This document shows, piece by piece, positions 10,483 to 20,655 of a stretch of 45,022 nt of DNA (positions are counted from its first letter, which is position 1; every line of letters starts with the position of its first letter). This DNA is from an uncultured Alphaproteobacteria bacterium. GTDB lineage: Bacteria > Pseudomonadota > Alphaproteobacteria > HIMB59 > GCA-002718135. Location of the stretch: positions 1-45,022 of the forward strand of contig CACNCX010000003.1 of the NCBI GenBank assembly GCA_902619045.1, given 5' to 3'. Both the position numbers and the translations under genes were made by a program. The notes beneath the pieces were generated by a model. That model had not been told where the DNA came from. It did not search any database and was given only the letters and a program-made list of their open reading frames with translations.

Positions 10483-11848
10483 AACGCTCCCTGTATCTCT
10501 TTACTATTTGTAGAGCTATAATGTTAAGAAATAATGTAATAACAAATAAAACTAATCCTAAAGCAAATGCTGATAATGTTCTTGGGTTATCAAATTCTTG
10601 ATCACCTATTAAGGCCACAACAATTTGAACTGTAACTGTTGTTACGTTTTCAAAAGGATTGCCCGTAAGATTGGGGGCTGTGCCTGCTGCAACTACAACA
10701 ATCATAGTCTCCCCTATCGCTCTGGATATTGCTAATAAAAATGCTCCTACAATTCCAGGTAAAGCTGCTGGTAAAATTACTTTTTTAATAGTTTCTGCTT
10801 TATTAGCGCCAATACCAAGAGATGCTTCCCTTAGATTTTGTGGGACAGAGTTTATTACATCATCAGATAAAGAAGAAATAAAAGGAATAATCATAACCCC
10901 CATTACCATGCCGGCTGCAAGAGCGCTTGTTGGTGAAGCATCAATTCCAATTGATTGTCCAAATGCTTTAACGAAAGGTGCAACACTAACAAAAGCAAAG
11001 AACCCGTAAACTATTGTTGGTATCCCTGCCAAAATTTCGAGAAGAGGTTTAACTATTTTTCTAACTCTTTGACTTGCGTATTCTGCTAAATAAATTGCTG
11101 TTAATAATCCAAGAGGTGCCGCTACACACATGGCTACTACCATTACTAAAAATGTTCCAGCAAATATTGGTACTGCACCAAAGGATCCCTCTGCAGCTGT
11201 TTGACCTTCTCTAATTGGAATAAAAGGATACCACTCAGTACTAAATAAAAATTCGAATATTGATACTTCTGCAAAAAAGCGAAGGCTTTCAAATATTAGT
11301 GAAAAAACTATTCCTATTGTAGTGAAAATAGCAACAGATGAACAAAATATAAGTATATATTGAATATATTTTTCAATTGTATGTTGAGCATGAAATTCTG
11401 GTTTTAATTTTTGTGAAGCGTATAAGGCTCCAAGTAACATTATAATGATTATTGAGGTATAAAAAGATATTTGACTTATTTGTCTTAAGGAAGAATAATG
11501 AGATGCAGCATTAATTATTTCTATAGATTTACCATCAGCAAAAGAGGGGTTATTAGCAACATTTCTAATCTCTGCTAACAATAATCCTTCGTTGTAAACT
11601 GCGCCCTCAATATATTCAAAGTTACTAATAACTATGTTTTGAATAATCTGTTCTTGAAAAATAGCCCATGAAAAATAAACAATTAGCGCAGGAAACAAAC
11701 ACCACATTAAAACGTATTGTGCGTAATAATTGGGAAGAGATTTGCTTTTCGTACCTTGTTTTTTAGAGTTTAATTTAATTCTTGATCTTCCGTATATAAA
11801 GGATGAGAAAATTCCGACTGCAATTAAAACTAAAGACCAAAAAAACAT
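10475..11848 (-). CDS. pstC: Phosphate ABC transporter permease PstC
   Basis: LAGIPTIVYGFF, SRAIGETMIV, YRERYE. Confidence 0.95.
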   Translation of the reverse strand: MFFWSLVLIAVGIFSSFIYGRSRIKLNSKKQGTKSKSLPNYYAQYVLMWCLFPALIVYFSWAIFQEQIIQNIVISNFEYIEGAVYNEGLLLAEIRNVANNPSFADGKSIEIINAASHYSSLRQISQISFYTSIIIIMLLGALYASQKLKPEFHAQHTIEKYIQYILIFCSSVAIFTTIGIVFSLIFESLRFFAEVSIFEFLFSTEWYPFIPIREGQTAAEGSFGAVPIFAGTFLVMVVAMCVAAPLGLLTAIYLAEYASQRVRKIVKPLLEILAGIPTIVYGFFAFVSVAPFVKAFGQSIGIDASPTSALAAGMVMGVMIIPFISSLSDDVINSVPQNLREASLGIGANKAETIKKVILPAALPGIVGAFLLAISRAIGETMIVVVAAGTAPNLTGNPFENVTTVTVQIVVALIGDQEFDNPRTLSAFALGLVLFVITLFLNIIALQIVKRYRERYE

Positions 11849-11863
11849 TTATAACTTAGTATT

Positions 11864-11889
11864 AAAAAAAAGGGGGCTTGTATGCCCCC
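11864..11889 (-). terminator. Intrinsic terminator/stabilising hairpin between pstS and pstC
   Basis: GGGGGC-6 nt-GCCCCC stem (11872-11889) followed by a T8 run on the minus strand. Confidence 0.75.
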
Positions 11890-11911
11890 ATTTTATAAAA
11901 ATTTAAGATTT

Positions 11912-12907
11912 TTATTTATAATTTGTTTGATTAGAAATAGCATCAAGAACAGCTGCTCTATCCGCAGGACTTAGTTGAACAAGTCCGGCATCTAGTAAGT
12001 AACCTTCTGTTGCTTCTTCACTTACAAACTCATTAACATAATCCATTAAACCTGGAATAACGCCAATGTGTGCTTTTTTAATGTAGAAGAATAAAGGTCT
12101 TGCTATTGGATATGAATAATCTTGGATACCTTCCATAGAGATTTCAACACCGTTAATCATTGATGCTTTAACTTTATCAGAGTTATTAGATACAAAACTA
12201 TAACCAAAGATACCGAATGCACCTTGTTCTTTAGTTATATGCTCAACATACAGTTCATCATTTTCACCACCTTCAATAACATGGCCATCTTCACGATACG
12301 CTTTACAATCTCCGTCAGCAACTAACATATCTTTAACACAACCCTTTTTCATTACAAGTGAGTCAAATGCATCTCTTGTTCCAGAAGTTGGAGGAGGTGC
12401 CATGATAGAAATTTCAACTTTTGGTAATCTTTTATCTATTTCATACCAAGTTGTTGGAGCATTTTCATTATCTCTAGCCATTGCCTGCCAGATTTCTTCT
12501 TTAGTTAAATCAATGCCACCTTTCATTGTAGCACCGTTAGTATATTTCCATTCATAATCTGCAGCGTATGCAAAAGCTATACCATCATTACCAACTCTAA
12601 CTTCGATGATATCGGTTACACCGCCATCTTGGCAAAGTTTGAATTCTTTATCTTTTTGTGCTCTTGAAGAGTTAGTGATATCTGGATGTTCAATTCCAAC
12701 ACCTGCACAAAATAATTTGTGTCCTCCACCAGAACCAGTTGATTCAATTACGGGTGCTTTCATTCCTTGAGATGCCATTTTTTCAGCAACTAAAGTTGCG
12801 AAAGGATAAACTGTAGAAGATCCTACAATTGAAATATAGTCTCTTGCTGAAACTGAAGTAGTTCCAAATAAAGCAAGGACAGCAATTAATTTGATTATAT
12901 TTTTCAT
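11912..12907 (-). CDS. pstS: Phosphate-binding periplasmic protein PstS
   Basis: IVGSSTVYPFA, ESTGSGGG, PPPTSGTRDAF, YPIARPLFFY. Start placed at ATG 12907 (MKNIIK signal peptide, GAGG SD 6 nt upstream) rather than 12919. Confidence 0.93.
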   Translation of the reverse strand: MKNIIKLIAVLALFGTTSVSARDYISIVGSSTVYPFATLVAEKMASQGMKAPVIESTGSGGGHKLFCAGVGIEHPDITNSSRAQKDKEFKLCQDGGVTDIIEVRVGNDGIAFAYAADYEWKYTNGATMKGGIDLTKEEIWQAMARDNENAPTTWYEIDKRLPKVEISIMAPPPTSGTRDAFDSLVMKKGCVKDMLVADGDCKAYREDGHVIEGGENDELYVEHITKEQGAFGIFGYSFVSNNSDKVKASMINGVEISMEGIQDYSYPIARPLFFYIKKAHIGVIPGLMDYVNEFVSEEATEGYLLDAGLVQLSPADRAAVLDAISNQTNYK

Positions 12908-12932
12908 ATTAAGCCTCATTTAAAATAAGGTT

Positions 12933-12966
12933 GTCCTACAGAATATATATTAAGGATTTATTACAG
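12933..12966 (-). promoter_or_regulatory. Pho-box-type promoter of pstS, overlapping the phoR stop
   Basis: Minus strand reads CTGTAAT-AAAT-CCTTAAT-N10-TAGGAC. Confidence 0.7.
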
Positions 12967-14002
12967 TTTGCTGAAATACTGGTAAAGAAATAGTAAATGT
13001 TGAACCCTTATCTACCTTGCTTTTTATCGATAATTTACCATTATGCCTATTAGTTATATGTTTAACAATAGATAAACCCAAACCCGTACCGCCTTGATTT
13101 CGAGATCTATTTTTATCTACTCTATAAAATCTTTCAGTAAGTCTAGTTAAATGCTCTTTCGATATGCCTTCTCCCTTATCTATAAAACTTATTTGGCAAA
13201 AGGCGGTATTGTCATCAATTACACTCTCAAGCTCAATTTCAATAGTAGAATTTTCTCTGCTATATTTAATTGCATTATCAGTTAGATTTAAAAAAACTTG
13301 GATCAAAGCATCTTTGTTTGCTGATATTGTAGACTTATCAAAATCATCCTTGATTTGAACTTCAATTTTTTTTGCCATTAACTTGTTTTGTAAATTATCT
13401 ACTACGCCTTCAATTAATTGCCTTATATTCGCTTCTTGAAATTCTATCGGCTTATCTTCAGTCTCATATTTACTTAGTAATAATAAATCTTCGACTAATC
13501 TAGTCATACGCCAAGCCTGATCTTCCATTGTGTCTAAAAATTTACCAACCGTTTTGTCATTGATCTTATCTTCATTGAGTGAATTTTTAATTGTTTCAAC
13601 ATAGCCTAGAATTGAGGAAAGAGGAGTTCTCAATTCATGGCTTACATTAGCCACAAAATCTGTTCGCATTTGTTCGTAGTTTTTAAGAAGACTTTGATCG
13701 TTTAGTGATATTAACAATTCTTCATAATCTTTTTCAACAAATATTAAGTCAGCAATAAAATACATATCACTAAAATTAGATGGGGTGAATTCAAACTTAA
13801 AATCTTCTTTCTCCCTAAAGGCTTTATCAACAAAAGTATTTAACTCTGTTGATCTAATAATATTATTAAGATCTCTTCCTTCATCAATAAATAAAAATTT
13901 TTGTTTAGCTGCATTATTGTAAAAAATTATTTCCTTATTTGTATCAATTGCAATAATAATCGAAGGTATCTTACTTAGACTTAGTCTTAGTTTTTTTTTC
14001 AT
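12950..14002 (-). CDS. phoR: Phosphate regulon sensor histidine kinase PhoR (PAS-HisKA-HATPase, no obvious TM segment)
   Basis: RTDFVANVSHELRTPL, NLTDNAIKY, RLTERFYRVDKNRSR..GGTGLGLSIVKH. Confidence 0.9.
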   Translation of the reverse strand: MKKKLRLSLSKIPSIIIAIDTNKEIIFYNNAAKQKFLFIDEGRDLNNIIRSTELNTFVDKAFREKEDFKFEFTPSNFSDMYFIADLIFVEKDYEELLISLNDQSLLKNYEQMRTDFVANVSHELRTPLSSILGYVETIKNSLNEDKINDKTVGKFLDTMEDQAWRMTRLVEDLLLLSKYETEDKPIEFQEANIRQLIEGVVDNLQNKLMAKKIEVQIKDDFDKSTISANKDALIQVFLNLTDNAIKYSRENSTIEIELESVIDDNTAFCQISFIDKGEGISKEHLTRLTERFYRVDKNRSRNQGGTGLGLSIVKHITNRHNGKLSIKSKVDKGSTFTISLPVFQQTVINP

Positions 14003-14471
14003 ATTTTTTTAATTTTGGCCAATCATTGTCACTTAAAATATAACCTACACAATTTCTAGAACCACACTTACAAATGTGATCCACAAAATCTGTATCAAAA
14101 GGATAACCATAGTTATAGAAAAGTTCGTCTCCTTTTTTTATTCGTTTAATAGAAGAAATCCAAATCTCATTATCTATTATGTCTACTTCACAATTCGGAT
14201 TACATGAGTGATTAATAAATTTTGCAAAATTATAATCGACATCACCGTCTATGTCGTATCGCTTGTTTAGTTCAAAAACATAGACCATGCCGTTATTTTT
14301 ATCTTTTTTTGCTTTGCGGATTTGTTTATCTGCTCTTTTGTCACCCTCTCTTTTAGTAACTTTATCACCAATATATTGGATTACTTTCTGGCCTTTTTTA
14401 ATATTAGTTTTTGCAAATAAGCCAGAACCGTGAAGAGGTGATTTTTTTTTAAACCAAATTTTCTGTGTCAT
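13971..14471 (-). CDS. Bacterial SET-domain protein-lysine methyltransferase with post-SET motif
   Basis: SPLHGSGLFA, KFINHSCNPNC, ELFYNY, post-SET CKCGSRNCVG. Start more plausibly at ATG 14471 (MTQKIW) than 14546. Confidence 0.85.
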   Translation of the reverse strand: MTQKIWFKKKSPLHGSGLFAKTNIKKGQKVIQYIGDKVTKREGDKRADKQIRKAKKDKNNGMVYVFELNKRYDIDGDVDYNFAKFINHSCNPNCEVDIIDNEIWISSIKRIKKGDELFYNYGYPFDTDFVDHICKCGSRNCVGYILSDNDWPKLKKYEKKTKTKSK

Positions 14472-14556
14472 ACTGTTATTTTTATACAATACACACATAT
14501 AATAAGAAATTGTATTATAAAATGATACATTTATGTATAAGACCAAAATTTAATTA

Positions 14557-15369
14557 ATGAAATTTGAAACAAATAAAAAATTTTACCGCACAATTTGGAT
14601 TTCGGATACCCATCTAGGAACTAGTGGCTGTAAAAGCAACATGCTTTTAGAATTCTTAGAAGAAACAGATTCAGAATATTTATTTTTAGTAGGCGACATT
14701 GTTGATGGATGGCGCATGCGTAAGAAAATGTATTGGTCACAAGAACATAATGACGTTGTTCAAAAAGTTTTAAAGAAAGCGAAAAACGGAACTAGGGTAG
14801 TGCTTATTCCAGGAAATCATGATGAGGTATTAAAAGATTTTACAAATTTTTCTTTTGGAGAAATTTCTATCAAAAATGAAGATACGCATCAATTAGCTGA
14901 TGGAAGGAAAGTACTGATTACACACGGAGATGAATTTGATGCTGTGATAATTAATGCGAGGTGGTTAGCCAAAGTGGGATCAGCACTTTATGAATATTTA
15001 CTAAAGTTAAATAATGTATTTAATTTTATTCGACGAAAGATGGGCTTGTCTTACTGGTCACTGTCTCAATATTTAAAAAAGAAAACAAAGCATGCAACTA
15101 ACTTTATTAGTAATTTTGAGTTTGCTGTATCTGATAGAGCTAGAAGAGAAAATGCCGATGTTGTTGTATGTGGGCATATACATAGACCAGAAATAAAAGA
15201 ATTAAATGGTGTTCTCTATTGTAATGATGGTGACTGGATTGAAAGTTGTACAGCACTTGTTGAAGATGAAATTGGCAATTTATCAATTCTTAATTGGCCC
15301 GAAGAAAGAGAAAAATTAAAATTAATTTCTTTAGAAGAAAGACGAAAAATAAAAGAGGATGCAGCCTAA
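14557..15369 (+). CDS. plcP: PlcP-type phospholipase C (LpxH-like metallophosphoesterase), copy 1
   Basis: WISDTHLG, LVGDIVDGW, PGNHDE, HGDEFD, CGHIH, NDGDWIESCTAL; next to a GT4 glycosyltransferase in a pho island. Confidence 0.8.
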   Translation: MKFETNKKFYRTIWISDTHLGTSGCKSNMLLEFLEETDSEYLFLVGDIVDGWRMRKKMYWSQEHNDVVQKVLKKAKNGTRVVLIPGNHDEVLKDFTNFSFGEISIKNEDTHQLADGRKVLITHGDEFDAVIINARWLAKVGSALYEYLLKLNNVFNFIRRKMGLSYWSLSQYLKKKTKHATNFISNFEFAVSDRARRENADVVVCGHIHRPEIKELNGVLYCNDGDWIESCTALVEDEIGNLSILNWPEEREKLKLISLEERRKIKEDAA

Positions 15370-16360
15370 AAAAATCGCGTTAATTAGTGATGCGTGGGTT
15401 CCTCAGGTAAATGGCGTAGTTACGACATTTCAAAGCGTTATACCTATTCTAGAAAAAAAAGGTTTTGAAATTAAAATATTACATCCTGAGATGTTTAATA
15501 ATTTTAGTTATCCTAGGTACAAAGAAATAAAAATTTCTTACAATACTAAAAAAGTTACTGAAAAATTTTTTAAAGAATTTAATCCAGATATTGTTCATAT
15601 AATGACTGAAGGTCCAGTAGGTTTTGCTGGTCGTAAGTACTGTCTTAAAAATAAACTACAATACACTTCTTCCTTTCACACCCGTTTTCCTGATTATATT
15701 AAACAAAGAGCTTTTATCCCAAAGAGATTTACATACTCCATATTAAGAAGACTACATAGTGATTCAGAAAGAGTTCTTGTTCCATCAGTTTCAATGCTAA
15801 ATGAGTTAAAAAAATATGATTTTAAAAATTTAGTAGTTTGGAATAGAGGTGTTGATACAGAATTATTTAATCCAAATAAAAGAGACACAAACAGTAAAGA
15901 TAGACAACTGACTTATGTTGGAAGAGTAGCAATTGAAAAAAATATTGAAGAATTTTTAAAACTTAAAGGAAATTATAATAAAATAGTTGTGGGGGATGGT
16001 CCTGAATTAGAAAAATATACTAATAAGTATCCTGAAGTAAATTTTGTTGGTTTAAAAACCGGAGAAGAATTAGCAAAGTATTATGCAAACGCAGATGTGT
16101 TTGTATTTCCTTCTAAAACAGACACTTTAGGAAATGTAATACTTGAAGCATTGGCTAGTGGAACACCAGTTGCTGCATATCCAGTAACTGGGCCTATAGA
16201 TGTATTAACAGATGAGAAGATTAACACTTTAGATAATGACTTATTACAATCAATTAAAAAAGCGCTTAAAGTAAAAAGGGTTGATTGTAGAAATTTTACA
16301 CTTAATTTAACATGGGATAAATGCGTGAAAGAATTTTTAGAATACATGGTAAACGTCTAG
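15359..16360 (+). CDS. GT4 glycosyltransferase (Agt-like glycolipid synthase), copy 1
   Basis: SDAWVPQVNGVV, TEGPVG, FHTRFPDY, FVFPSKTDTLGNVILEALASGTPV. The plcP-agt pairing is established in P-starvation lipid remodelling. Confidence 0.85.
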   Translation: MQPKKIALISDAWVPQVNGVVTTFQSVIPILEKKGFEIKILHPEMFNNFSYPRYKEIKISYNTKKVTEKFFKEFNPDIVHIMTEGPVGFAGRKYCLKNKLQYTSSFHTRFPDYIKQRAFIPKRFTYSILRRLHSDSERVLVPSVSMLNELKKYDFKNLVVWNRGVDTELFNPNKRDTNSKDRQLTYVGRVAIEKNIEEFLKLKGNYNKIVVGDGPELEKYTNKYPEVNFVGLKTGEELAKYYANADVFVFPSKTDTLGNVILEALASGTPVAAYPVTGPIDVLTDEKINTLDNDLLQSIKKALKVKRVDCRNFTLNLTWDKCVKEFLEYMVNV

Positions 16361-16380
16361 TTATTTAGGGTAATTTTGTA

Positions 16381-17037
16381 ATGACATATTCTTTAAGACA
16401 AAAAATACTAGCAGAATTTATTGGGACATATTTTCTTGTACTAACAGTTGTAGGTAGTGGAATTATGGGAGAGTTAATGTCAAATGACCTTGGTATAATA
16501 TTACTAGGAAACACAATTGCAACAGGTGCCATTTTATTTGTAATTATTTCTATGTTTATTAATATCTCAGGGGCATACTTTAATCCTGCTGTTGTATTAA
16601 GTGATATTATTCAAAAAAATATTCCTATTAATTATGGAATAATTTTTATTTTTACTCAGATTATTGCTGGTATATTTGGTTGTTTAACTGCAAATTGGTA
16701 TTTTGAATATCCCATAATTGAATGGTCACTCAATGAAAGAGTTGGTGTATTTAAATTCTTTTCAGAAATAATTGCAACTGTTGGATTATTATTAACTATT
16801 TTTATATTAAAAGAGGTAAACAAGGAAAGAATAGCTATTGGTGTCGCTCTATTTATTACTGCAGGATATTGGTTTACATCATCAACAAGTTTTGCAAATC
16901 CAGCAGTAACCATAGGAAGAATGTTTACAGATAGTTTTAGTGGAATAAGTCCATCAAGCGTTATAGGTTTTATTTTAGCTCAGATTATTGGGGCTCTTAT
17001 TGCTACAGTTACTGTTAGATTGTTTTTTAAAAATTAA
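16381..17037 (+). CDS. MIP/aquaporin-family channel (arsenite-efflux AqpS-like)
   Basis: AEFIGT, SGAYFNPAV, YWFTSSTSFANPAVT (two NPA boxes, ars-associated subfamily signature). Confidence 0.8.
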   Translation: MTYSLRQKILAEFIGTYFLVLTVVGSGIMGELMSNDLGIILLGNTIATGAILFVIISMFINISGAYFNPAVVLSDIIQKNIPINYGIIFIFTQIIAGIFGCLTANWYFEYPIIEWSLNERVGVFKFFSEIIATVGLLLTIFILKEVNKERIAIGVALFITAGYWFTSSTSFANPAVTIGRMFTDSFSGISPSSVIGFILAQIIGALIATVTVRLFFKN

Positions 17038-17939
17038 TTCAACATATCATGTAAATAACCTTCACGAATTCCATATCTTACAAAAATAATATTTTTAATA
17101 TTATAAAATGAAGCAAGGCTAAATAAAATATATGTAGATAATTTTAATTTATCTAATCGATTGGGTTGAACAACATTCAATTTTTTAATTTGTTTTTTAT
17201 CCATAGAGTATAATTTGTGATAGAATATTTCTAACTCTGAAAATGGTATCAGGTAGCCATGTAGTTTATTTTTCTTGATGCCATTTAGATGTAAATGTAG
17301 TTTTGCAAGATTGCGCCACATGCCTCCAATAACATAAATATTTCCGACGTTTTTAGAAAATTTAAGAGATTGGTTTTTAAATTTCGAAAATAAAAAATTA
17401 TCAAATTTAATTTTAGTAGTTTTGTACATATCAGATTCACTTCTTAAGATGCCAATTTTTAAACTTTTAGTCTCAAGTATGTTCTTATTTTTTATTGAAC
17501 TAAGTTCTAAACTTCCACCTCCCAAGTCTGCAACTAAACCGATTGGATTTTTTATTGAACTAATTACACCTAGGGATCCACATTTAGCCTCATTTTTTGG
17601 TGAGAGCACTTCTACTCTTACTGACTTTCTTTTCTTGAAAGGCTCAATAATTTCTTTTCCATTTATTGTTTCACGAATTGCGGCCGTTGCAATTATATGA
17701 ATATCTAAGGACTCATAATCTTTTGCAATCTTAATATATTCTTCTAAGCATTTTATAGCTTCTTTTATTTTTATCGATGGGAGTTTACCTGTGTTAATAC
17801 TTTCACCTAATTTTAAAAATTCTCTTTTTTGATAAAGTATTGGAAAAGGATAAATAGCTTGCTCATATATAACCAGTCTAAATGTATTAGAACCTAGATC
17901 AATCACTGTTATGGGATTTTTGTTTTTCATTTTAGCCAT
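17034..17939 (-). CDS. ppx: Ppx/GppA exopolyphosphatase (short form)
   Basis: VIDLGSNTFRLVIY, ATAAIRE, DLGGGSLEL, GIREG. Confidence 0.85.
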   Translation of the reverse strand: MAKMKNKNPITVIDLGSNTFRLVIYEQAIYPFPILYQKREFLKLGESINTGKLPSIKIKEAIKCLEEYIKIAKDYESLDIHIIATAAIRETINGKEIIEPFKKRKSVRVEVLSPKNEAKCGSLGVISSIKNPIGLVADLGGGSLELSSIKNKNILETKSLKIGILRSESDMYKTTKIKFDNFLFSKFKNQSLKFSKNVGNIYVIGGMWRNLAKLHLHLNGIKKNKLHGYLIPFSELEIFYHKLYSMDKKQIKKLNVVQPNRLDKLKLSTYILFSLASFYNIKNIIFVRYGIREGYLHDMLN

Positions 17940-17971
17940 GGAAATGTATATATCTAAAGTATTAAACTCGA

Positions 17972-18430
17972 ATGCTACAAGTTTATTTATTACGTCATGC
18001 CAAATCTAGTTGGGATAATTTAGAGCTTGATGACATTGATAGACCTCTCAATAAAAGAGGTATGAGAAATGCAAAACAATTTTCTAAAATATTAGATAAA
18101 AGAAAATTTCAAATTGGTCAGATAATATGTTCTCCTTCTAAAAGAACAACTAGCACATATAATATAATTTCTAACTCGTTTGATCGCTCAGTAAAATTTA
18201 CAATTGATAACGATATTTATGAATGTCCATCAAATATACTTGTAAGAAAAATTAAAAAATTAAAAAAAAATACTCTTATCATTGGACACAACCCTAGTTT
18301 GATAGAGTCAATTAATATTTTATGTAATTCAAATATTGAACATTTTCCAACCTGTGCTTTTGCTATAATATCCTTTAAAAATAGCTGGACTATTGATAAA
18401 ATTTTAAAACCAAAAAATAAAAATTATTAA
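17972..18430 (+). CDS. sixA: SixA-like histidine phosphatase
   Basis: LLRHAKSSW, DIDRPLNKRG, IGHNP. Confidence 0.8.
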   Translation: MLQVYLLRHAKSSWDNLELDDIDRPLNKRGMRNAKQFSKILDKRKFQIGQIICSPSKRTTSTYNIISNSFDRSVKFTIDNDIYECPSNILVRKIKKLKKNTLIIGHNPSLIESINILCNSNIEHFPTCAFAIISFKNSWTIDKILKPKNKNY

Positions 18431-18435
18431 AGAAA

Positions 18436-18469
18436 TATGAATTTTTTATGAACATGTTTTTTTTATACC
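18436..18469 (+). promoter_or_regulatory. Possible Pho-box-type promoter of ppk1
   Basis: TATGAAT-TTTT-TATGAAC-N10-TATACC; same spacing as the other boxes, but degenerate half-sites. Confidence 0.4.
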
Positions 18470-18490
18470 TAAAAAATATAAAAAAAAATT

Positions 18491-20590
18491 ATGTTAAAAA
18501 AAAATACCGCTTATAACTATGCAAACAGGGAATTGTCTTGGCTAAAATTCAATGAAAGAGTCTTAAGTCAGACATCTGATAGTAAAATTCCACTTTTAGA
18601 AAGGGTTAGATTTTTATCAATAGCATTCTCTAATTTAGATGAATTTTTTATGGTTAGAGTAGCAGGATTGAATGTTCAAAAATTTTCACGAAATAAAAGT
18701 TTTGATGGATTAACACCACAACAACAACTCAAGCTGATAGATAAAGAAACATCGAAGATGATTTCAAATATAAAATCAATATGGATAGATTTACTAAGAG
18801 AGCTTTCAGAAAACAAAATCCATATAGATGTAGAAAAAACACTGAAAACAAAAGATAAAACATTTATTAAAAATTATTTAGAAGAAAATAATTGGGGGGT
18901 TTTAACGCCAATTATTATTGATCCATCTCACCCATTTCCTTTTATACCAAATAAAGAAACAACCTTAGTATGTCGTTTAATGAATAATAAAAAAACTTTT
19001 TATGGAATACTAAGAGTGCCAGAGGGATTAGAAAAATTTATTAAATTACCTGGTAAAAAAACACGTTTTGTATCTATGGAGACAGCCCTACTTATTTCTT
19101 TAAAAGAAATTTTCCAGTGTGATAGGGTTTTGGATAAAGGTGTTTTTAGACCAATTAGGAATAGTGAATTAGAATTAGGGGGTGAAGGAGAAGATTTATT
19201 TTTAGTATTTCAAAAAGCTATTTTTGAGAGAAGAAGACAAGAGGTAATAAGAATTGATTTTGATGAAAGTATATCTAGTCACTTAATTAAATTCATAAAT
19301 AAAAAACTTAACTATAAGGATGTAAATACATATAAACTGCCAATACCCGTTAATCTTTCGAGTATAGAGTCAATTTTTTTGAAAGATTTTAAAAAATTAT
19401 TTTTTCCAAAATTTAAGGTACGATTTCCTGAAAGAATTAAAGATTTTAAAAATGATTATTTTAAAGCTATAGCAAATAAAGATATTGTTATTCATCACCC
19501 TTTTGAATCTTTTGAAGTAGTGACGCAGTTTATTGATCAAGCTGCAGATGATCCAAAAGTCTTATCAATAAAACATACTTTATATCGAACTACTGATGAC
19601 TCACCAATAGAAGCAAGTTTAGTTAGAGCAGCACAAAAAGGAAAATTAGTAACTGTCATTATAGAGTTGCAAGCACGTTTTGATGAAGAGCGTAACTTAA
19701 AATGGGCAAAAGAATTAGAATTAGCTGGAGCGCAAGTTGTTTTTGGCAATATTGATATGAAAACTCATGCAAAAATTACACTTGTAACAAGGAAGCAAAT
19801 GAATTCTGTTGTAAATTACGCACATTATGGAACAGGTAATTATCACCCGAGAAATGCAAGAGTTTATATGGATTTATCTTACTTCACCTGTGACAAAACA
19901 TTAACAAATGATGCTGCAAAAATGTTTAATTATTTAACTAGTTATTCTGAACCAACAACAATAAAAAAAATAGTATATTCTCCAATAACTGCAAGAAACA
20001 AATTAAATGAACTAATTAGAAATGAAATTACAAATGCTGGAAAAAATAAACCATCTGGAATAGTATGTAAGTGTAATGCTCTTGTTGATAAACAAATTAT
20101 TGATGAATTTTATAAAGCATCTCAAAAAAATGTAAAAATTGAATTGTTGATAAGAGGAATTTGCTCTCTAATACCTGGTAAAGAAAATCTATCAGAAAAT
20201 ATAGTTGTTAAAAGCATAATTGGTCGTTTTTTAGAACATACGAGAATATATTGTTTTTATAATGGTCATAAATTCCCTCATAGAAAAAATATCTTGTTTA
20301 TTTCTTCTGCCGATTTAATGCAAAGAAATCTAGATAGGCGGGTTGAAACATTTATTCCTATTGAAAATGAAACTGTACATGAACAAATATTAAATCAGAT
20401 CTTAATTGCCAGTATGACAGATAATACAAATTCTTGGCAAATGTTAAGTAATGGCAATTATCAGAAAAAAGAAATATCAAGCAAAGAGAAAAAATTTTCC
20501 TCTCACAATTTTTTTATCAAAAATCCAAGCTTGTCTGGGAGGGGTTCAGCAAAACTCAAATCTAGAGCTAAGTCTAATTTAAAAATTTGA
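18491..20590 (+). CDS. ppk1: Polyphosphate kinase 1
   Basis: NRELSWLKFNERVL, SNLDEFFMVRVAGL, ELQARFDEERN, KTHAK, GTGNY, GRFLEH, SADLMQRNLDRRVE. Confidence 0.96.
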   Translation: MLKKNTAYNYANRELSWLKFNERVLSQTSDSKIPLLERVRFLSIAFSNLDEFFMVRVAGLNVQKFSRNKSFDGLTPQQQLKLIDKETSKMISNIKSIWIDLLRELSENKIHIDVEKTLKTKDKTFIKNYLEENNWGVLTPIIIDPSHPFPFIPNKETTLVCRLMNNKKTFYGILRVPEGLEKFIKLPGKKTRFVSMETALLISLKEIFQCDRVLDKGVFRPIRNSELELGGEGEDLFLVFQKAIFERRRQEVIRIDFDESISSHLIKFINKKLNYKDVNTYKLPIPVNLSSIESIFLKDFKKLFFPKFKVRFPERIKDFKNDYFKAIANKDIVIHHPFESFEVVTQFIDQAADDPKVLSIKHTLYRTTDDSPIEASLVRAAQKGKLVTVIIELQARFDEERNLKWAKELELAGAQVVFGNIDMKTHAKITLVTRKQMNSVVNYAHYGTGNYHPRNARVYMDLSYFTCDKTLTNDAAKMFNYLTSYSEPTTIKKIVYSPITARNKLNELIRNEITNAGKNKPSGIVCKCNALVDKQIIDEFYKASQKNVKIELLIRGICSLIPGKENLSENIVVKSIIGRFLEHTRIYCFYNGHKFPHRKNILFISSADLMQRNLDRRVETFIPIENETVHEQILNQILIASMTDNTNSWQMLSNGNYQKKEISSKEKKFSSHNFFIKNPSLSGRGSAKLKSRAKSNLKI

Positions 20591-20593
20591 AAA

Positions 20594-20655
20594 TAGAATT
20601 TAATCCCACTCACAATAATTGGACATAAGCAGGAAGAAATAATACTGCGAGTGGT
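20594..20655 (-). ncRNA. Candidate PhoB-dependent small RNA, copy 1
   Basis: ACCACUCGCAGUAUUAUUUCUUCCUGCUUAUGUCCAAUUAUUGUGAGUGG hairpin. Upstream is ATTTAAT-N4-TATTAAC-N4-CTGTAAA-N10-TAATTA-N6 leading to the first base. The U-tract is weaker than in copy 2. Confidence 0.45.

Noticed and set aside
14472-14546. N-terminal extensions given by the ORF track (SET from 14546; similarly pstS 12919, zf-CHCC 41448, nifU 4323)
   Set aside because: The extensions are unlike the family N-termini or run through promoter DNA; downstream ATGs fit better.
14472-14556. Pho box in the SET/plcP1 divergent spacer
   Set aside because: Only poor heptamer matches, with no consistent 11-bp register or N10 spacing; not distinguishable from AT-rich background.
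14557-15369. LpxH (lipid A UDP-2,3-diacylglucosamine hydrolase) as the function of the metallophosphoesterases
   Set aside because: Same fold, but the GT4 partner, pho-island context and the NDGDW.ESC.AL C-terminal motif fit PlcP better.
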